The notes beneath the pieces are model-generated. The model had not been told where the DNA came from and made no database searches. It was given only the letters and a program-made list of their open reading frames with translations. The position numbers were made by a program, and so were the translations under genes. 64,000 bases of DNA, taken from assembly GCA_963737155.1 (NCBI GenBank), contig CAVTRN010000001.1, positions 1,664,001 through 1,728,000 of the forward strand, in the 5' to 3' direction. This DNA comes from Nitrospirota bacterium. Its GTDB lineage: Bacteria; Nitrospirota; UBA9217. Below, in pieces: positions 40,779 to 51,707 of the stretch. How positions within the stretch are numbered: position 1 is the stretch's first letter; each line of letters opens with the position of its first letter.

Positions 40779-40955
40779 ACCAAAATATGAGCACGACGAG
40801 ACGGAGATTGGATGAAATCATTTTGCTGCGTGCTTCCGGCGGCCGCCTTTCCGACTGCAGCTTTCTCTGACTGTCGGGATAGAGCTGCTGACCCGCTGAG
40901 AAATGAGCATGGCAGTATTCTTTTTCTTTCGGGGTGTCAGCTATCTGGGGTTTCC

Positions 40956-41555
40956 ATGGCAGAAAAGCATACAAAAACCAGTGTGATAGTCTTTACGATC
41001 GGGCATTCCACGCATTCAATCGAAGAGTTTGTAGATATCTTGAAGGCCCATGGCGTTGAACTCGTAATCGACATAAGGACCATTCCGAAATCCCGCCACA
41101 ACCCTCAATATAACAGTGACACCCTGGCTTCCGTGTTACAGGGGTACGCTATCGGCTACGAGCATTTACCAGGCCTTGGAGGGCTTCGCCACGCAAAGAA
41201 AGACTCAATCAATACAGCCTGGGAAAATGCTTCGTTTCGGGGATTCGCTGACTACATGCAGACGGAAGTTTTTGAACAAAGTTTGGATACGCTTATTGAA
41301 ATGGCAGAAAAGCAACCCTTAGCGGTCATGTGCGCGGAAGCGGTCCCTTGGCGCTGCCACCGCTCGCTCATTGCTGATGCATTGCTCGTGCGAGAAATCA
41401 CGGTAATGGACATTATGAGCAAGGCATTGGCGCAGGCGCATATGATGACGCCCTGGGCCCATGTCAGGGGAACAACGATAACCTATCCCAAGTCGGAGTC
41501 AGCTGGATCCGCTCACGCTTCTCATCCCAAGCGAAGTAAAGGGTCGCCACTGTAA
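40956..41555 (+). CDS. DUF488 domain protein
   Basis: FTIGHSTH, DIRTIPKSR.NPQ, LGGLR, MCAEAVPWRCHRSLIAD. Confidence 0.92.
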   Translation: MAEKHTKTSVIVFTIGHSTHSIEEFVDILKAHGVELVIDIRTIPKSRHNPQYNSDTLASVLQGYAIGYEHLPGLGGLRHAKKDSINTAWENASFRGFADYMQTEVFEQSLDTLIEMAEKQPLAVMCAEAVPWRCHRSLIADALLVREITVMDIMSKALAQAHMMTPWAHVRGTTITYPKSESAGSAHASHPKRSKGSPL

Positions 41556-42045
41556 TTTCCGAATGAATCCGGCACAGGCAGAAACCGTTGTTTGAAGCAG
41601 GTGCAGATAATGGTTCTCAAAACTACCAGGAGTGCACCCGCCGTTCCTGTGTCCGGTCTGTCAACGCCCTATTAGTACCTTCTGTGAATTGATATCGTTT
41701 CATAGAATGATATCATTAGGATAAGAGGAAGAATCGCAAAGGACTGACGAAAAAAGGATGTGGAGATCGATGAATGTATAAAAGAGGCCGCTTTGAGCAA
41801 GCAACTCGGAAAATGGTGGAGGGAATCATCAATGAATCTCGGACATGCAGGGTGACTTTACTGCTAGGATCAAGAAGAGAACGCTTTAACAGTGCCGTAG
41901 CAGTGAAGGGATATATCGAGACCAAGAATGAAATGCTTTGGAACAAAAAAAGCCGCCTTGGCGACGAAATGCCGTAGCAATCGTATCCGGAATCGATAAC
42001 CCCCAGCTTAAGGCAGGAGCGTCTGTCATTCAGAAAAGGGGAATT

Positions 42046-42888
42046 ATGACATCCTATAACACCGTTAAAATCGACGATGTAGAATTTTTTATCGTGAAGC
42101 AGGGCCTTCTAACGCCTGCTAATTGTTTTTTTGTGTGGCATTCCTTCTTCGTCGTACATGTTCAGAAATCTGATGACAAAGCTTGAGAATACTTTCATCT
42201 CATTGCGCTCGATTATCCCGGCTTCGGAAACAGCTCTTGCCCGCCCGTGGAGGCATTCACATATATATGATCACTTATCGGAAGATATCGAGAAATTCCT
42301 ACAGACGCCGGGTCTCGGAAAATTCTCCCTTTATTTGTAGGATTACGGCGGGCCGGTAGGTTTCAGGATTGCGGAGAAGCATCCAGAGTGGATCGAATCG
42401 CTCACCATTCAAAACACCAATGTCTACGAAGATGGGTTGACACCTCTCATTAAACGCAGGAGACCACGATGGGAGAAGAGGACAAGAGCTAACGAACGGC
42501 CTGTGCTTAAGACCTTTAGGTAGGAAAGTAGCAAGTGGATATACATCAACGGAGTGCGTGACATGAGCAGGATAAGCCCTGGTGCCTGGAATATGGACCA
42601 GTATTTTTCAGAAAGGCCCGGCAACAAACTTATCCAGCTCGAGCTGCGGTCGGACTTCGGCTCCAACGTGAAACGTTATCCTGAGTGGCATAACTATTTC
42701 AGAAAGTACCAGCCGCCAACGCTTGTCGTGTGGGGGAAAAATGAAGAAATCTTCGGACCCAGGGCGCCAAATCGTACAAGCGTGATCTCAGGAACATCGA
42801 AGTGCATATGCTCGATACGGGGCATTTCGCCCATGAAGAGGACTGCGGCGTGATTGCAAGCTACATGAGGAAATTCTTCAAGGCTTAA
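42046..42888 (+). pseudogene. Alpha/beta hydrolase (epoxide hydrolase-like), heavily disrupted
   Basis: PSSSYMFRNL, DYPGFG, DYGGPVG, PPTLVVWGKN, DTGHFA across multiple stops and frameshifts. Confidence 0.8.
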
Positions 42889-42931
42889 AAACCGAAAAAA
42901 CGCGGCAAAAAGCAAAAAGGTGCGTTTTACC

Positions 42932-43140
42932 ATAAACGAACGATTAGAATACGGCCGGGTGTCACCCGGCGTGTCCAGAGCGATGCAATTCCTGGACAAC
43001 TACGTGAAGAGCAGCAGCCTTGAAGCGTCATTGATTGGACTTGTATAGGTCCGGGCATCCCAGATTAACGGTTGCACCTATTGCATCGCCATGCATATGA
43101 AGAACGCCAAGGCTGCCGACCAAAGCGAGCATAAACACGT
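42932..43140 (+). pseudogene. Carboxymuconolactone decarboxylase/AhpD family fragment
   Basis: LV*VRASQINGCTYCIAMH; start degraded to ATA; truncated by an IS110 fragment. Confidence 0.75.
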
Positions 43141-43147
43141 GATCACC

Positions 43148-43280
43148 AATGCAGGAATTGACCCAACGGGTGTATCTATCCTGCAACTATGAGGGGACGA
43201 GCAAGGTCTCGAAGAGAGGGAACAAGCATCTTCGGCGCGGACTCTGTCTCATGACGGTGAGTGTGATACTCAATGCGGAG
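43148..43280 (+). pseudogene. IS110-family transposase C-terminal fragment
   Basis: AGIDPT / YEGTSKVSKRGNKHLRR motif. Confidence 0.7.
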
Positions 43281-43347
43281 CCGGGATTGCACCCGGCTCC
43301 GCTTCTCATTCGGAATAAACGGATAGTAAGAATGGCTATCTGCAGCG

Positions 43348-43818
43348 TTATTTGATCTGACCGCGGATCTCGCCGTCGGGATACTTGTCGGTATGGACAT
43401 TGACGTACGCATCGCCGTCTTTGATCATCGCTACGAGGTCGGCGACTGTTTTTCCGGCCAAGGGACCGATCAGGTCCTTGTCCGTGATGGTTCCTTTGGC
43501 AAGCACGCCGGAGAACTTACCTTCCTTTTTCGGACCAGCAAAAAGGCCTGCCACCGGCCCTCCGCTTTCACCCATCTTGCCTGTATGAATATGCGCTGCC
43601 GTGACATTTTCGATGCCCTTCAACTTAAGGATGTAAATGAGTTCCGTGCCGTCTTTGCTCAATTTGAATTCCGCATCACCCTTCGCTTTCGTCATCACGG
43701 CTGGCACAACCTCTTTACCCCTCAGTTTTGCCTTAAAGGTGCTCGATGCCGCCATCGCAAGCGAGACTGTCAAGACAATCGTTAAAACAGCGAACAGTAT
43801 CAACTTCAGTGTCTTCAT
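43348..43818 (-). CDS. Secreted CHRD-domain protein
   Basis: Signal peptide; FKAKL.G.EVVP, TAAHIH.G..G..GGPV, YVNVHT.KYPDGEIRGQI. Confidence 0.93.
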   Translation of the reverse strand: MKTLKLILFAVLTIVLTVSLAMAASSTFKAKLRGKEVVPAVMTKAKGDAEFKLSKDGTELIYILKLKGIENVTAAHIHTGKMGESGGPVAGLFAGPKKEGKFSGVLAKGTITDKDLIGPLAGKTVADLVAMIKDGDAYVNVHTDKYPDGEIRGQIK

Positions 43819-44067
43819 GATGCATTTCTCCTTTGTAGTTAATTTTTTGTTTCCATGAACCTATTGCAAGTATATATTCGCCAGGGGACACAGTCAAGAT
43901 GTGGCATGCCGTCAGATTAGATTAAAATAGCAAATGTTACAAACGGAATTCTTTGCTCTTGTCATAATATTGATAATTATATGAAGGCACCTCAGCGTAC
44001 CAGAGCGCGTTAGTACTCGGATACGCCTTAAGGGAAGAATTACCATTTATAACCTTGGAGGTGCTAT

Positions 44068-44185
44068 ATGAAATTATACATGGACTAGACCTGCATGCAA
44101 GTAACACATATCTTGGCATTGAGGATGAGAACGGCAAATGTATATTTTTAAGAGGAAGCTACCGAACGATCGTGAGCTTCCAGAA
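44068..44185 (+). pseudogene. IS110-family transposase N-terminal remnant
   Basis: MKLY/GLDLHASNTYLGIEDENGK..KRKLPND; GGAGG SD. Confidence 0.7.
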
Positions 44186-44773
44186 GTGCGTGTCGTATTT
44201 TTAGGGGCAGAATAACACTGAGAAGAGTGACAATATTTCTGGCGATTGTACAAACTATTAAAAGTGCACCGCCGATTGCACCAATAGCAATCCACCACTT
44301 GAATCAGTACCTTTATCTATCTGGTCGACATTTACATTTTTTAAAAACTATTTCCTCCGATCCGTAGCTGTTGATTGCCATGACATCGTGGACAATAAAA
44401 ACTTTCACAGCATCGTGGAATAAAACTTGTCTCCTGCGTCAGTATGTAATGATTAAAGTCGACTCCGACTAATGCTATTGCAATTATAATCACATTTCTG
44501 GATTTATAGAGACCTCACTTAAAAAATCAGAGTCCTCGATGTCCTGACATTTGACACGTAGCCTTTAGAGCTCTGGCAGTTAGGATAAGAATTATATCCT
44601 CAATCTACTTTGTCGCCTTCCGTTTAATAACTTCACAAGAGGCGTTTAATTTTAATAATATTACAAAATGTACTCATGCTGTTGCGAGCAGATGTAATTT
44701 TGAATAGTTCCGGAAGGCATTGCTGAACACATAATCAGCCCCGATACCCTGATAATCTTAATAAAGATTATCT

Positions 44774-46363
44774 TTACTTGATGCCTGACAGGTACCGTCT
44801 TATTAGATGAATGGCTTCCGCTGCTTCCGGGATTCCTGCTGCAGTAACACCGCCAATGTAGAGCAGGCCGTAGAGTCCCAGTATGACTATCCCGCGAGTG
44901 ACAACATGAAGTCCGGGTACGAACAACTTTACTCCTAAGACGATAGCAGCGGATGCGAGAGCTATGCCCCAAAGCGTCATTATCATCCGGCCCCCGAGAT
45001 TAAATCGACCGATGTTTGCAACGAGAGCGTATCTGAACAGCAGAAATTCTATCCAGCCCGCGACACCTGCTGATGCGGTGAGAGCAGCAGAGCAGTATAT
45101 GGCGTCTAACGCAAAAAGGGAGCGTATAGGAAACACGACCAAGAAGCCTAGGAGGGCCGTTAAAGCCACACGGAAACATGCAATGCCCAGAGGTGTCCTG
45201 GTATTGCCGAGAGCCCAAAAGGCCGATATGAAGATGCGTGATTGTGTTGTGGCTACGAGCCCTACTGAACTCCCTGCCAAGATGAACCAGACGAAACGCG
45301 AATCCGAACCTCTGAAGTGCCCTGTTTGGAAGAGCATCGCTGTGACAACGTCGCCCAAGACGACAAACGCCACAGCTGATGGAACGACAAAAAATGCAAT
45401 TCTTCTGATTCCAGCGGTTAGCCGGATTTCCAATGCCTGGACGATTTCCTCTTTTGTCCCGGTGGTTCTTGACATCTCCGTCAGTGCGGCCGATGATATC
45501 GCCATCCCGAACAGTGACACCGGCAGAGTATAAATCGTTTGCGCGTATGCCATCGCTGCGACAGATGCGGGCCCGAGATAGCTTGCTAGGACTTGATCTA
45601 TATAGGCCGACAGCTGCACAACGCCGCGAGTTACTACAGCCGGCATGAATCTGGTTATAATTTTTTGCACAGGCGCTAGTCGGGTTTTGAATGAAAATGT
45701 AAATACCCCGTTAAGCTTTAAAGCTTGTGGGAATTGTACTCCCCATTGAAGCGCGGCTCCTATGACTGTGGACCACGCTACCCAGATAACGAGTTGCGTT
45801 TGTGCCCCATCACGATTTACTAAATAATAACCGCCGATCCCCACGAGAATTGCGATGATAGCTAAATTCCAGAGTACCGGTGCGACGTAGGAGAGAAAAA
45901 ATTTCCGGTGACTATTGAGGACGCCGAGACACCATGCTGACAGTACGAGGAGTCCCGTTCCGGGAAACATAATAGCAACCATCCTGATGGTCAGTTCTCG
46001 CACTTCGCCGTGAAATCCGGGCGCAAGGATCTCAATAAGGGGTCGACTAAATGTTACTCCTATGACCACTAGTATCGCAGTTACCGACACAAGTAGCGTA
46101 AGCACAATGGAAGCGGCCCGGCTAGCCTCTTCCTTTTTCCCTTCCGCCAGCAGTTTTGCGTAAACGGGGATGAACGAGGCAGAGAGTACTCCTTCTCCAA
46201 AAAGATTCTGCAAAAGATTGGGAATGCGCAGGGCAGCACGAAATGCGCCCGCGGCCTCGGAGTTGCCCAGGTAATAAGCGAATACGCGCTCTCGCACGAG
46301 CCCCATGATGCGCGAGAGTAGAATGCCAATGGCGATGGCTACTGCTGCCGGACTTTTTTTCAC
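44774..46363 (-). CDS. murJ: Lipid II flippase MurJ (MviN)
   Basis: LSRIMGLVRE, AFRAALRIPNLLQNLFGEGVLSASFIPVY, YAQTIYTLPVSLFG. Confidence 0.95.
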   Translation of the reverse strand: MKKSPAAVAIAIGILLSRIMGLVRERVFAYYLGNSEAAGAFRAALRIPNLLQNLFGEGVLSASFIPVYAKLLAEGKKEEASRAASIVLTLLVSVTAILVVIGVTFSRPLIEILAPGFHGEVRELTIRMVAIMFPGTGLLVLSAWCLGVLNSHRKFFLSYVAPVLWNLAIIAILVGIGGYYLVNRDGAQTQLVIWVAWSTVIGAALQWGVQFPQALKLNGVFTFSFKTRLAPVQKIITRFMPAVVTRGVVQLSAYIDQVLASYLGPASVAAMAYAQTIYTLPVSLFGMAISSAALTEMSRTTGTKEEIVQALEIRLTAGIRRIAFFVVPSAVAFVVLGDVVTAMLFQTGHFRGSDSRFVWFILAGSSVGLVATTQSRIFISAFWALGNTRTPLGIACFRVALTALLGFLVVFPIRSLFALDAIYCSAALTASAGVAGWIEFLLFRYALVANIGRFNLGGRMIMTLWGIALASAAIVLGVKLFVPGLHVVTRGIVILGLYGLLYIGGVTAAGIPEAAEAIHLIRRYLSGIK

Positions 46364-46735
46364 GGTTTATTGTCTATATGGAACAGTTTAAAGCGGCTAG
46401 GCTTCACGGAAAGGAAATCCTTAATATTTTCGGTCTTCTCGGGATTAATCGCTTCTTGTGTGGTCAAAATATACATTCAGCCTCACGGTATAACTTTTTC
46501 CATTCTAGCACGAATATAAGCCTGATTCTGCGCGATGTCAATAACGCTGAGTGGGTGCTGAGTGGGTTTTTGGGGGAGAGGTTAACAGTTTCCGAATGAA
46601 AGGCGCAATGATTCAGAAAGCGCAACTTTAACTTTTACAGCTTACTATGAGAAGGTAGACAAGTCAACATGGCAATTTTTTATCTCTTAAATTATTTTAG
46701 CGAAATAAATCTTTTAACGGAAAGGAGAAATTGCC

Positions 46736-47060
46736 ATGCTTAATAATGATTATAATAAGCAGTATGCAAGACGTCAAAGGATAAAGAAGACGACGTTGGT
46801 TATGGGGATAGACATAGGTTCTGATTTTAATGCGGTTGGCTTCATGAACAAGGACGGAAGCGGCTTAATAAGGTGTATAACTCATGGGAAGGGTTCGATA
46901 AGTTCGTATGAATAGCTGAAGGATGTTCTTATCAGACTGGAGCCAACGGGACACTATTGGAGAAAGATGACTTGTTGTGCGAAGGAACAGGGTGTTCGAT
47001 TCATGCAGACGACTTCATTAAAGCGAGAACGCGAGCTGAACGCGCGAAGCAGCTGCAAAA
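46736..47060 (+). pseudogene. IS110-family transposase N-terminal remnant
   Basis: TLVMGIDIGSDFN..LEPTGHYW with frameshifts; AGGAG SD. Confidence 0.8.
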
Positions 47061-47195
47061 CATTTGAATCCTTATAGTTTCTATGATAGGGTATATTGCC
47101 TTGGCTGAATCAATTTAAAGAAAGGTAAAATTGCCGCATGCATGGCTATTTCCCCTCATACTTTTAGGCACTGTAGTAAAATTATATAAAATATT

Positions 47196-48554
47196 CCGTC
47201 ATTCGTGTTTAAGTTGAAAGCCTTGGGTTAAGCAGTCCGCAATGCTGGTGGATCTTGAGTAAAAAGTACTTTACGTCTTTATAGCCGTATGCCATGCGCT
47301 TTAAACGCTTTATTTTGTTGTTGATGCCCTCGGAGATCGCTGTTGTTATTTTGCAGAGAAAGTAGTTCAGTACAAAATGCCTTTTCCTAAAGAACTTGAA
47401 CCCAAGTTCGATGAACGGCGGAATCTTCGAGGTAATGGCTGAAACAATCCACTGGCGGAGATTTTTTTGAGCTGTGGTGCGGTCAGGCGATGTGTAGATC
47501 GTCAGGAACTGGTCTTTGAGCAGCATAGCCTTATAAATGGGGTCATTGAGATCAGCAAGCTTATCAAGGAGATTCTCTTTCCTCTTTGATGGTTTGTTCT
47601 GCATCAGGATAAAGCGTTTGTTGCAATGGAGGAGCGAGGCGAGATCGGTATTCTTCTCCTTCCGGGCTTTGTTCAGCTCCTCCTTACGCACTGTGTCTAC
47701 AGCATCGTTTAAGTATTTCTTGACGTGGAAGTGGTCAAGAACGATCAACGCGTTTTTTGCATGTTCCTGGGTGGCCGACAGAAACCCGCGAGCACCATCA
47801 CTGGCGACGGCCTCGATGGCGGCGCAGGATTCCTCACCCAGAGCATCATAGAAGGAATCGAGTACGGATTTGCCTCGGCCATCATGATTCCAGATGACCT
47901 TGCGTTTTTCGATGTCCACCACGTTGGTGACATAGTGATGCCACTTTTGCCAGGCTACCTCGTCAACGCTCATATATGTGGGCGAGGGAACCGGCGAAAG
48001 CTTTTCCCGGGCAAGTTCTTCGAGGCGCTGCCGGTCGATCCGGTAGACCACCTCGTCATCGAGGCCGAGAAACCATCCTGCTTCCTGATTGGTGGTGATG
48101 GAAGTAAGACGGTATACCTGTTCGGCAAATCGCTTGGTGAACCGGCCCCTGAGCCAGTCAAGTTCCTCGACCCGTCTGCTGTCGTCTTCGATGCAGAGGG
48201 ACTTGCGTTTCGGGATGTGCAAGAACACTCGTTTGCCGCTTATGGGGAGGTCCTCGACGATGATCACTCCTATGCTGTGTACCGGTGTGTTGTGGACGTG
48301 ACCGCAACCAGAGCAGACGGCAGGAGTGAATGCGGACTGTTCCAACAACAAATCGAGGCGGTTGTCTGAATGATTGACCATATGACTCACGTGATAGTTT
48401 GGAATTGCAAGCAGTTCTGTGATAGTATGGAGCTGCATCGGATTTTCCTTTCTGAGAAAAGTTTGGTCGGGAAACCTAACTTTACCAGAATTGGTTAATC
48501 CGATGTCTCTTTTTTACAACACTACGGCATTTTCAACTTTTATACGAAAGAACC
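47196..48554 (-). mobile_element. ISL3-family insertion sequence (distinct from 9320-10694)
   Basis: Ends CCGTCATTCGTGTTTAAGTTGAAA / TTTCAACTTTTATACGAAAGAACC; 8-bp TSD AAAATATT. Confidence 0.9.
47209..48438 (-). CDS. ISL3-family transposase
   Basis: CSGC, MSVDE, ASDG, LDHFHV, SEGINNKIK.LKR.AYGY. Confidence 0.95.
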   Translation of the reverse strand: MQLHTITELLAIPNYHVSHMVNHSDNRLDLLLEQSAFTPAVCSGCGHVHNTPVHSIGVIIVEDLPISGKRVFLHIPKRKSLCIEDDSRRVEELDWLRGRFTKRFAEQVYRLTSITTNQEAGWFLGLDDEVVYRIDRQRLEELAREKLSPVPSPTYMSVDEVAWQKWHHYVTNVVDIEKRKVIWNHDGRGKSVLDSFYDALGEESCAAIEAVASDGARGFLSATQEHAKNALIVLDHFHVKKYLNDAVDTVRKEELNKARKEKNTDLASLLHCNKRFILMQNKPSKRKENLLDKLADLNDPIYKAMLLKDQFLTIYTSPDRTTAQKNLRQWIVSAITSKIPPFIELGFKFFRKRHFVLNYFLCKITTAISEGINNKIKRLKRMAYGYKDVKYFLLKIHQHCGLLNPRLST

Positions 48555-48833
48555 AAAATATTTAATGTTATAAATGAAAATTTATTGGTAAAAACAGATA
48601 CTTAACGATCTGTTTATTAAAACATAATTAACGCGTACCTATTTTTAACGCGAATTGAATAATTTGAATCAAAGAGGGGAGTAATTCTTGCATGCATTAT
48701 GCAAAAAATCCCTTTTGATCTATTTCACGATTATTTTTATTAAACCTTATATCCTAATTCTCTTATATGGATGTGTTGGCTACTGTCCAAAATGCCTTGA
48801 GACGTATTGCATAGGGCGACCACGAAAGGAAAA

Positions 48834-49607
48834 ATGAAAAAGTTAATCCTTATCACATTGTTAATTATATTGACCTTTAACGGTTCAATCCTATATGCGG
48901 ACTGTCCCACTGTAACATCTTACACGATTTATTACGGAACGGCTTCCCGAGTTTATACCAATTCGATTTCTGGTATCACGACAACATCGTATACCATAAC
49001 AAGTCTGCCGACGAATACGTATTACTTCGCTGTTACTGCAACAGACAGCAATGGGCAAAGTGGTTATAGCAATGAGGGCAGTTCGTATGTTACTGGAACT
49101 ATTACTGCCTCATGGATTGCGCCTACATTATGCAGCGACGGTTCTTCAATTGATCTAGCATCAGGGGTAACCGGAACGATAAATGTGACCGGCATAGTAG
49201 CAGGAGGAAACGGCACAATCTCTTGCACGACTCCAGCTCAATATGGCAGCACTGTGGCCTGTACAACGACACCAGATATTGACTACTATACTTCAACCAT
49301 TAGGGGTTGTGGAGGGTCTTGGAGTTCGGGAAATAATTACATTACGGGAGCATTGACGATTAATTGCAATGTGACGGCCCAATTTTACCTCAGTCCTCAA
49401 TATACCGTATCAACCGCTGTCCTTGGCGGAAATGAAAGCCTCAGCAACGGTGATGGAAATGGTACCGGCAGTGGTAGCAATGGTTCAGGCAGCGGTAGCG
49501 ATCCCGCTGCCGTGCCCGTGGGCTACAGCCCGCAATGGCTCGTAGTAACTCTCCTAAGCCTCTTAGCAGCTGGCGGGTATCTGTTGCGCAAAAAGAATAA
49601 AGCATAA
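48834..49607 (+). CDS. Secreted Thr/Ser-rich protein with FN3-like domain and C-terminal sorting/anchor signal
   Basis: Signal peptide; YTIYYGT..YYFAVTA.D..G.SGYSNE (FN3); GNGSG linker; VPVGYSPQW-TM-RKKNKA tail. Confidence 0.75.
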   Translation: MKKLILITLLIILTFNGSILYADCPTVTSYTIYYGTASRVYTNSISGITTTSYTITSLPTNTYYFAVTATDSNGQSGYSNEGSSYVTGTITASWIAPTLCSDGSSIDLASGVTGTINVTGIVAGGNGTISCTTPAQYGSTVACTTTPDIDYYTSTIRGCGGSWSSGNNYITGALTINCNVTAQFYLSPQYTVSTAVLGGNESLSNGDGNGTGSGSNGSGSGSDPAAVPVGYSPQWLVVTLLSLLAAGGYLLRKKNKA

Positions 49608-50111
49608 CCCGGAAGGTGATTGAAGTTTGATGCCGACGTTGGAAACAAATCAAAAGCAAAAGGCGTATCTGTCTAGAGATCTGAAATATCTCAAGATGCC
49701 CTTTTTTCTCTGTTTTCATAACTCAAAAGGTCAATCTGAGTCCCCAAATGGTTTGCAAGCGGCGACAGCGTTATATCAAGCAGGGACTGTCCGGTCTCGA
49801 TGATGAATTACGTTCTGGTCGACCGCTATCTGTTTCAGATGAAAAATTGCCATGCTTGTACGCAAAGCGCAGACGAAACTCAAGATAGGACCCATTGGAC
49901 GATTCGATCCATAGCTGAAGAGGCTAAATTATCCCGGTTCACTGTGCATAGGATTGGTCATGCTTTCGGTATTTAACCTCATCGCAATAGCCGATTCAAT
50001 TTTGGAAAAGGGTCAAACGACATTGTCAACGTATTTCCGAGACAGAATACTTACAGGTTTAACCATAAGTCTATATCGGACACATTACCCCCGAAATGTT
50101 TTAAATAGGTC

Positions 50112-51038
50112 TTATTCTAGAGAGAGCGCGACGATTCTCGTGCTGATCTCGATCGCTGCCTCGGCACCCTGGCCAGCGGAAATGATCGCCTGAGAGTGGC
50201 CGTGGCGGAGAGCGCCTAGAACGAAGAGGTCAGGGATGCTCGACTCGCCTGCGCCCCTTGTCAGAATCTTGAACCCCTCGGTGTCGCGTTCTAGGGGGAG
50301 CCCCTCGAGGTACTCATCATTAAGGGAGATCCCACCCCACCCCATGATGACCTCACAGGGGATGATGCGGCCGTCAGCTAACCGTACCCCCTCGAGGGTC
50401 TTCTCTCCAAGAAGTTCTTCCGGCCGCCCCTCAACTAGGCCGATCCCCTCATCCTCAAGGATCGATGCGTATGCCGGCGCCAGGGAGAAGCCGTGGGCGA
50501 GGAAGGTCACATCGCTGGTGAACAGTTGCTTCATGCCGGCGCTGAGGCGTATCCCGTTGATGGTGCGATCCATGACGAGCAGTTTTTTGCCGGTTGTGCG
50601 ATAGCCGTCGCAGATCATGCAGGTGAAGTAGGAAATGCCAAAGAAGCGCGTCAGGTTCTTGAGGGGAGCAAGAGTCTCCCTGGCCCCTGAGGCGGCGATG
50701 ACGAAACGGGAGCGGTAAGTCTTCCCCTCAGCTTGCACCTCGAAGTGTCCCTTCCGGGGGGCTGTGACGCGCTCCACCTTGGCATGTTCGATAGCGACGC
50801 CGAAGCTCTCCGCTTGGGCGAGACCAGCATCTAGGAGGTCCGGGCCTGAAATGGTTCGAAGACCAAGGTAGTTCTCAATGTGTTTCGCGTGGTAGGTCCG
50901 TCCCCCTGGACGGTGGAAAAGCATGACGCGGAAGTTGTAGCGACCGAGGTGAATGCAGGCCTGCAGGCCTCCCGGACCCGCCCCGATGACTATACAGTCG
51001 AGAAGTGCTTCGCTGCCTATGCCGTCAGCTCGTTCCAT
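50112..51038 (-). CDS. Thioredoxin reductase-like NAD(P)/FAD oxidoreductase
   Basis: IGAGPGG, ENYLG, CMICDG redox motif, QAIISAGQGAEAA. Confidence 0.9.
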   Translation of the reverse strand: MERADGIGSEALLDCIVIGAGPGGLQACIHLGRYNFRVMLFHRPGGRTYHAKHIENYLGLRTISGPDLLDAGLAQAESFGVAIEHAKVERVTAPRKGHFEVQAEGKTYRSRFVIAASGARETLAPLKNLTRFFGISYFTCMICDGYRTTGKKLLVMDRTINGIRLSAGMKQLFTSDVTFLAHGFSLAPAYASILEDEGIGLVEGRPEELLGEKTLEGVRLADGRIIPCEVIMGWGGISLNDEYLEGLPLERDTEGFKILTRGAGESSIPDLFVLGALRHGHSQAIISAGQGAEAAIEISTRIVALSLE

Positions 51039-51327
51039 ATGTTCTCCCCTCCCAAGAAAATCATAAGCGTCAGGTTGTTAATGTTTATCCTTGCTTAAGA
51101 AACCTAAAATCTGACTGCTATAAGAATAGCGCATAGCGAGTTATTTGGCAATTGTCCGGTAGAGATAGCATTTCTCTACAGCCTCAGCGATCTCCCGATC
51201 GCGCTTTTACCTGTTACGGCGTACTTGACTAGAAGATCGAGCAAATGTGTCTTTCTGAATAAGTATGGACTTATAACTCCCCTGAAACAACACCACTAAT
51301 TTGAGATGAAACGTTGAATGTAACATC

Positions 51328-51570
51328 AACCCTGATCAGGGCCGCCAGTTCACCTCTGAGGCCTTCACCGGAGTGCTCAAGGCGCACTGCATAGGCATCA
51401 GCATGGATGGACATGGGCGTGTATTGGACAATATCTTCATGGAAAGGCTCTGATGGCGCGTCAAACACGAAGACGTATGTCTGAAAGGGTATGCCACCGT
51501 GCCTGAAGTGCAACTGGAGCTGACGGAATACTTTATATTACAACGGAAAGAACACCTCAATCGTTCGATA
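51328..51570 (+). pseudogene. IS3-family integrase-core fragment
   Basis: DQGRQFTS..ISMDGHGRVLDNIFMERL*WRVKHEDV. Confidence 0.85.
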
Positions 51571-51707
51571 GGGCCCTGAATGTTGCATATCGAATAGCAA
51601 ACGACGGCGGAGCAAGAATTGCGGATATTGTGGCCGGTACATGGGGAAAATCTTCTTGACCAGATGATTCAAATACAGTATATTTCAATTATAATATAAT
51701 TTAATAA

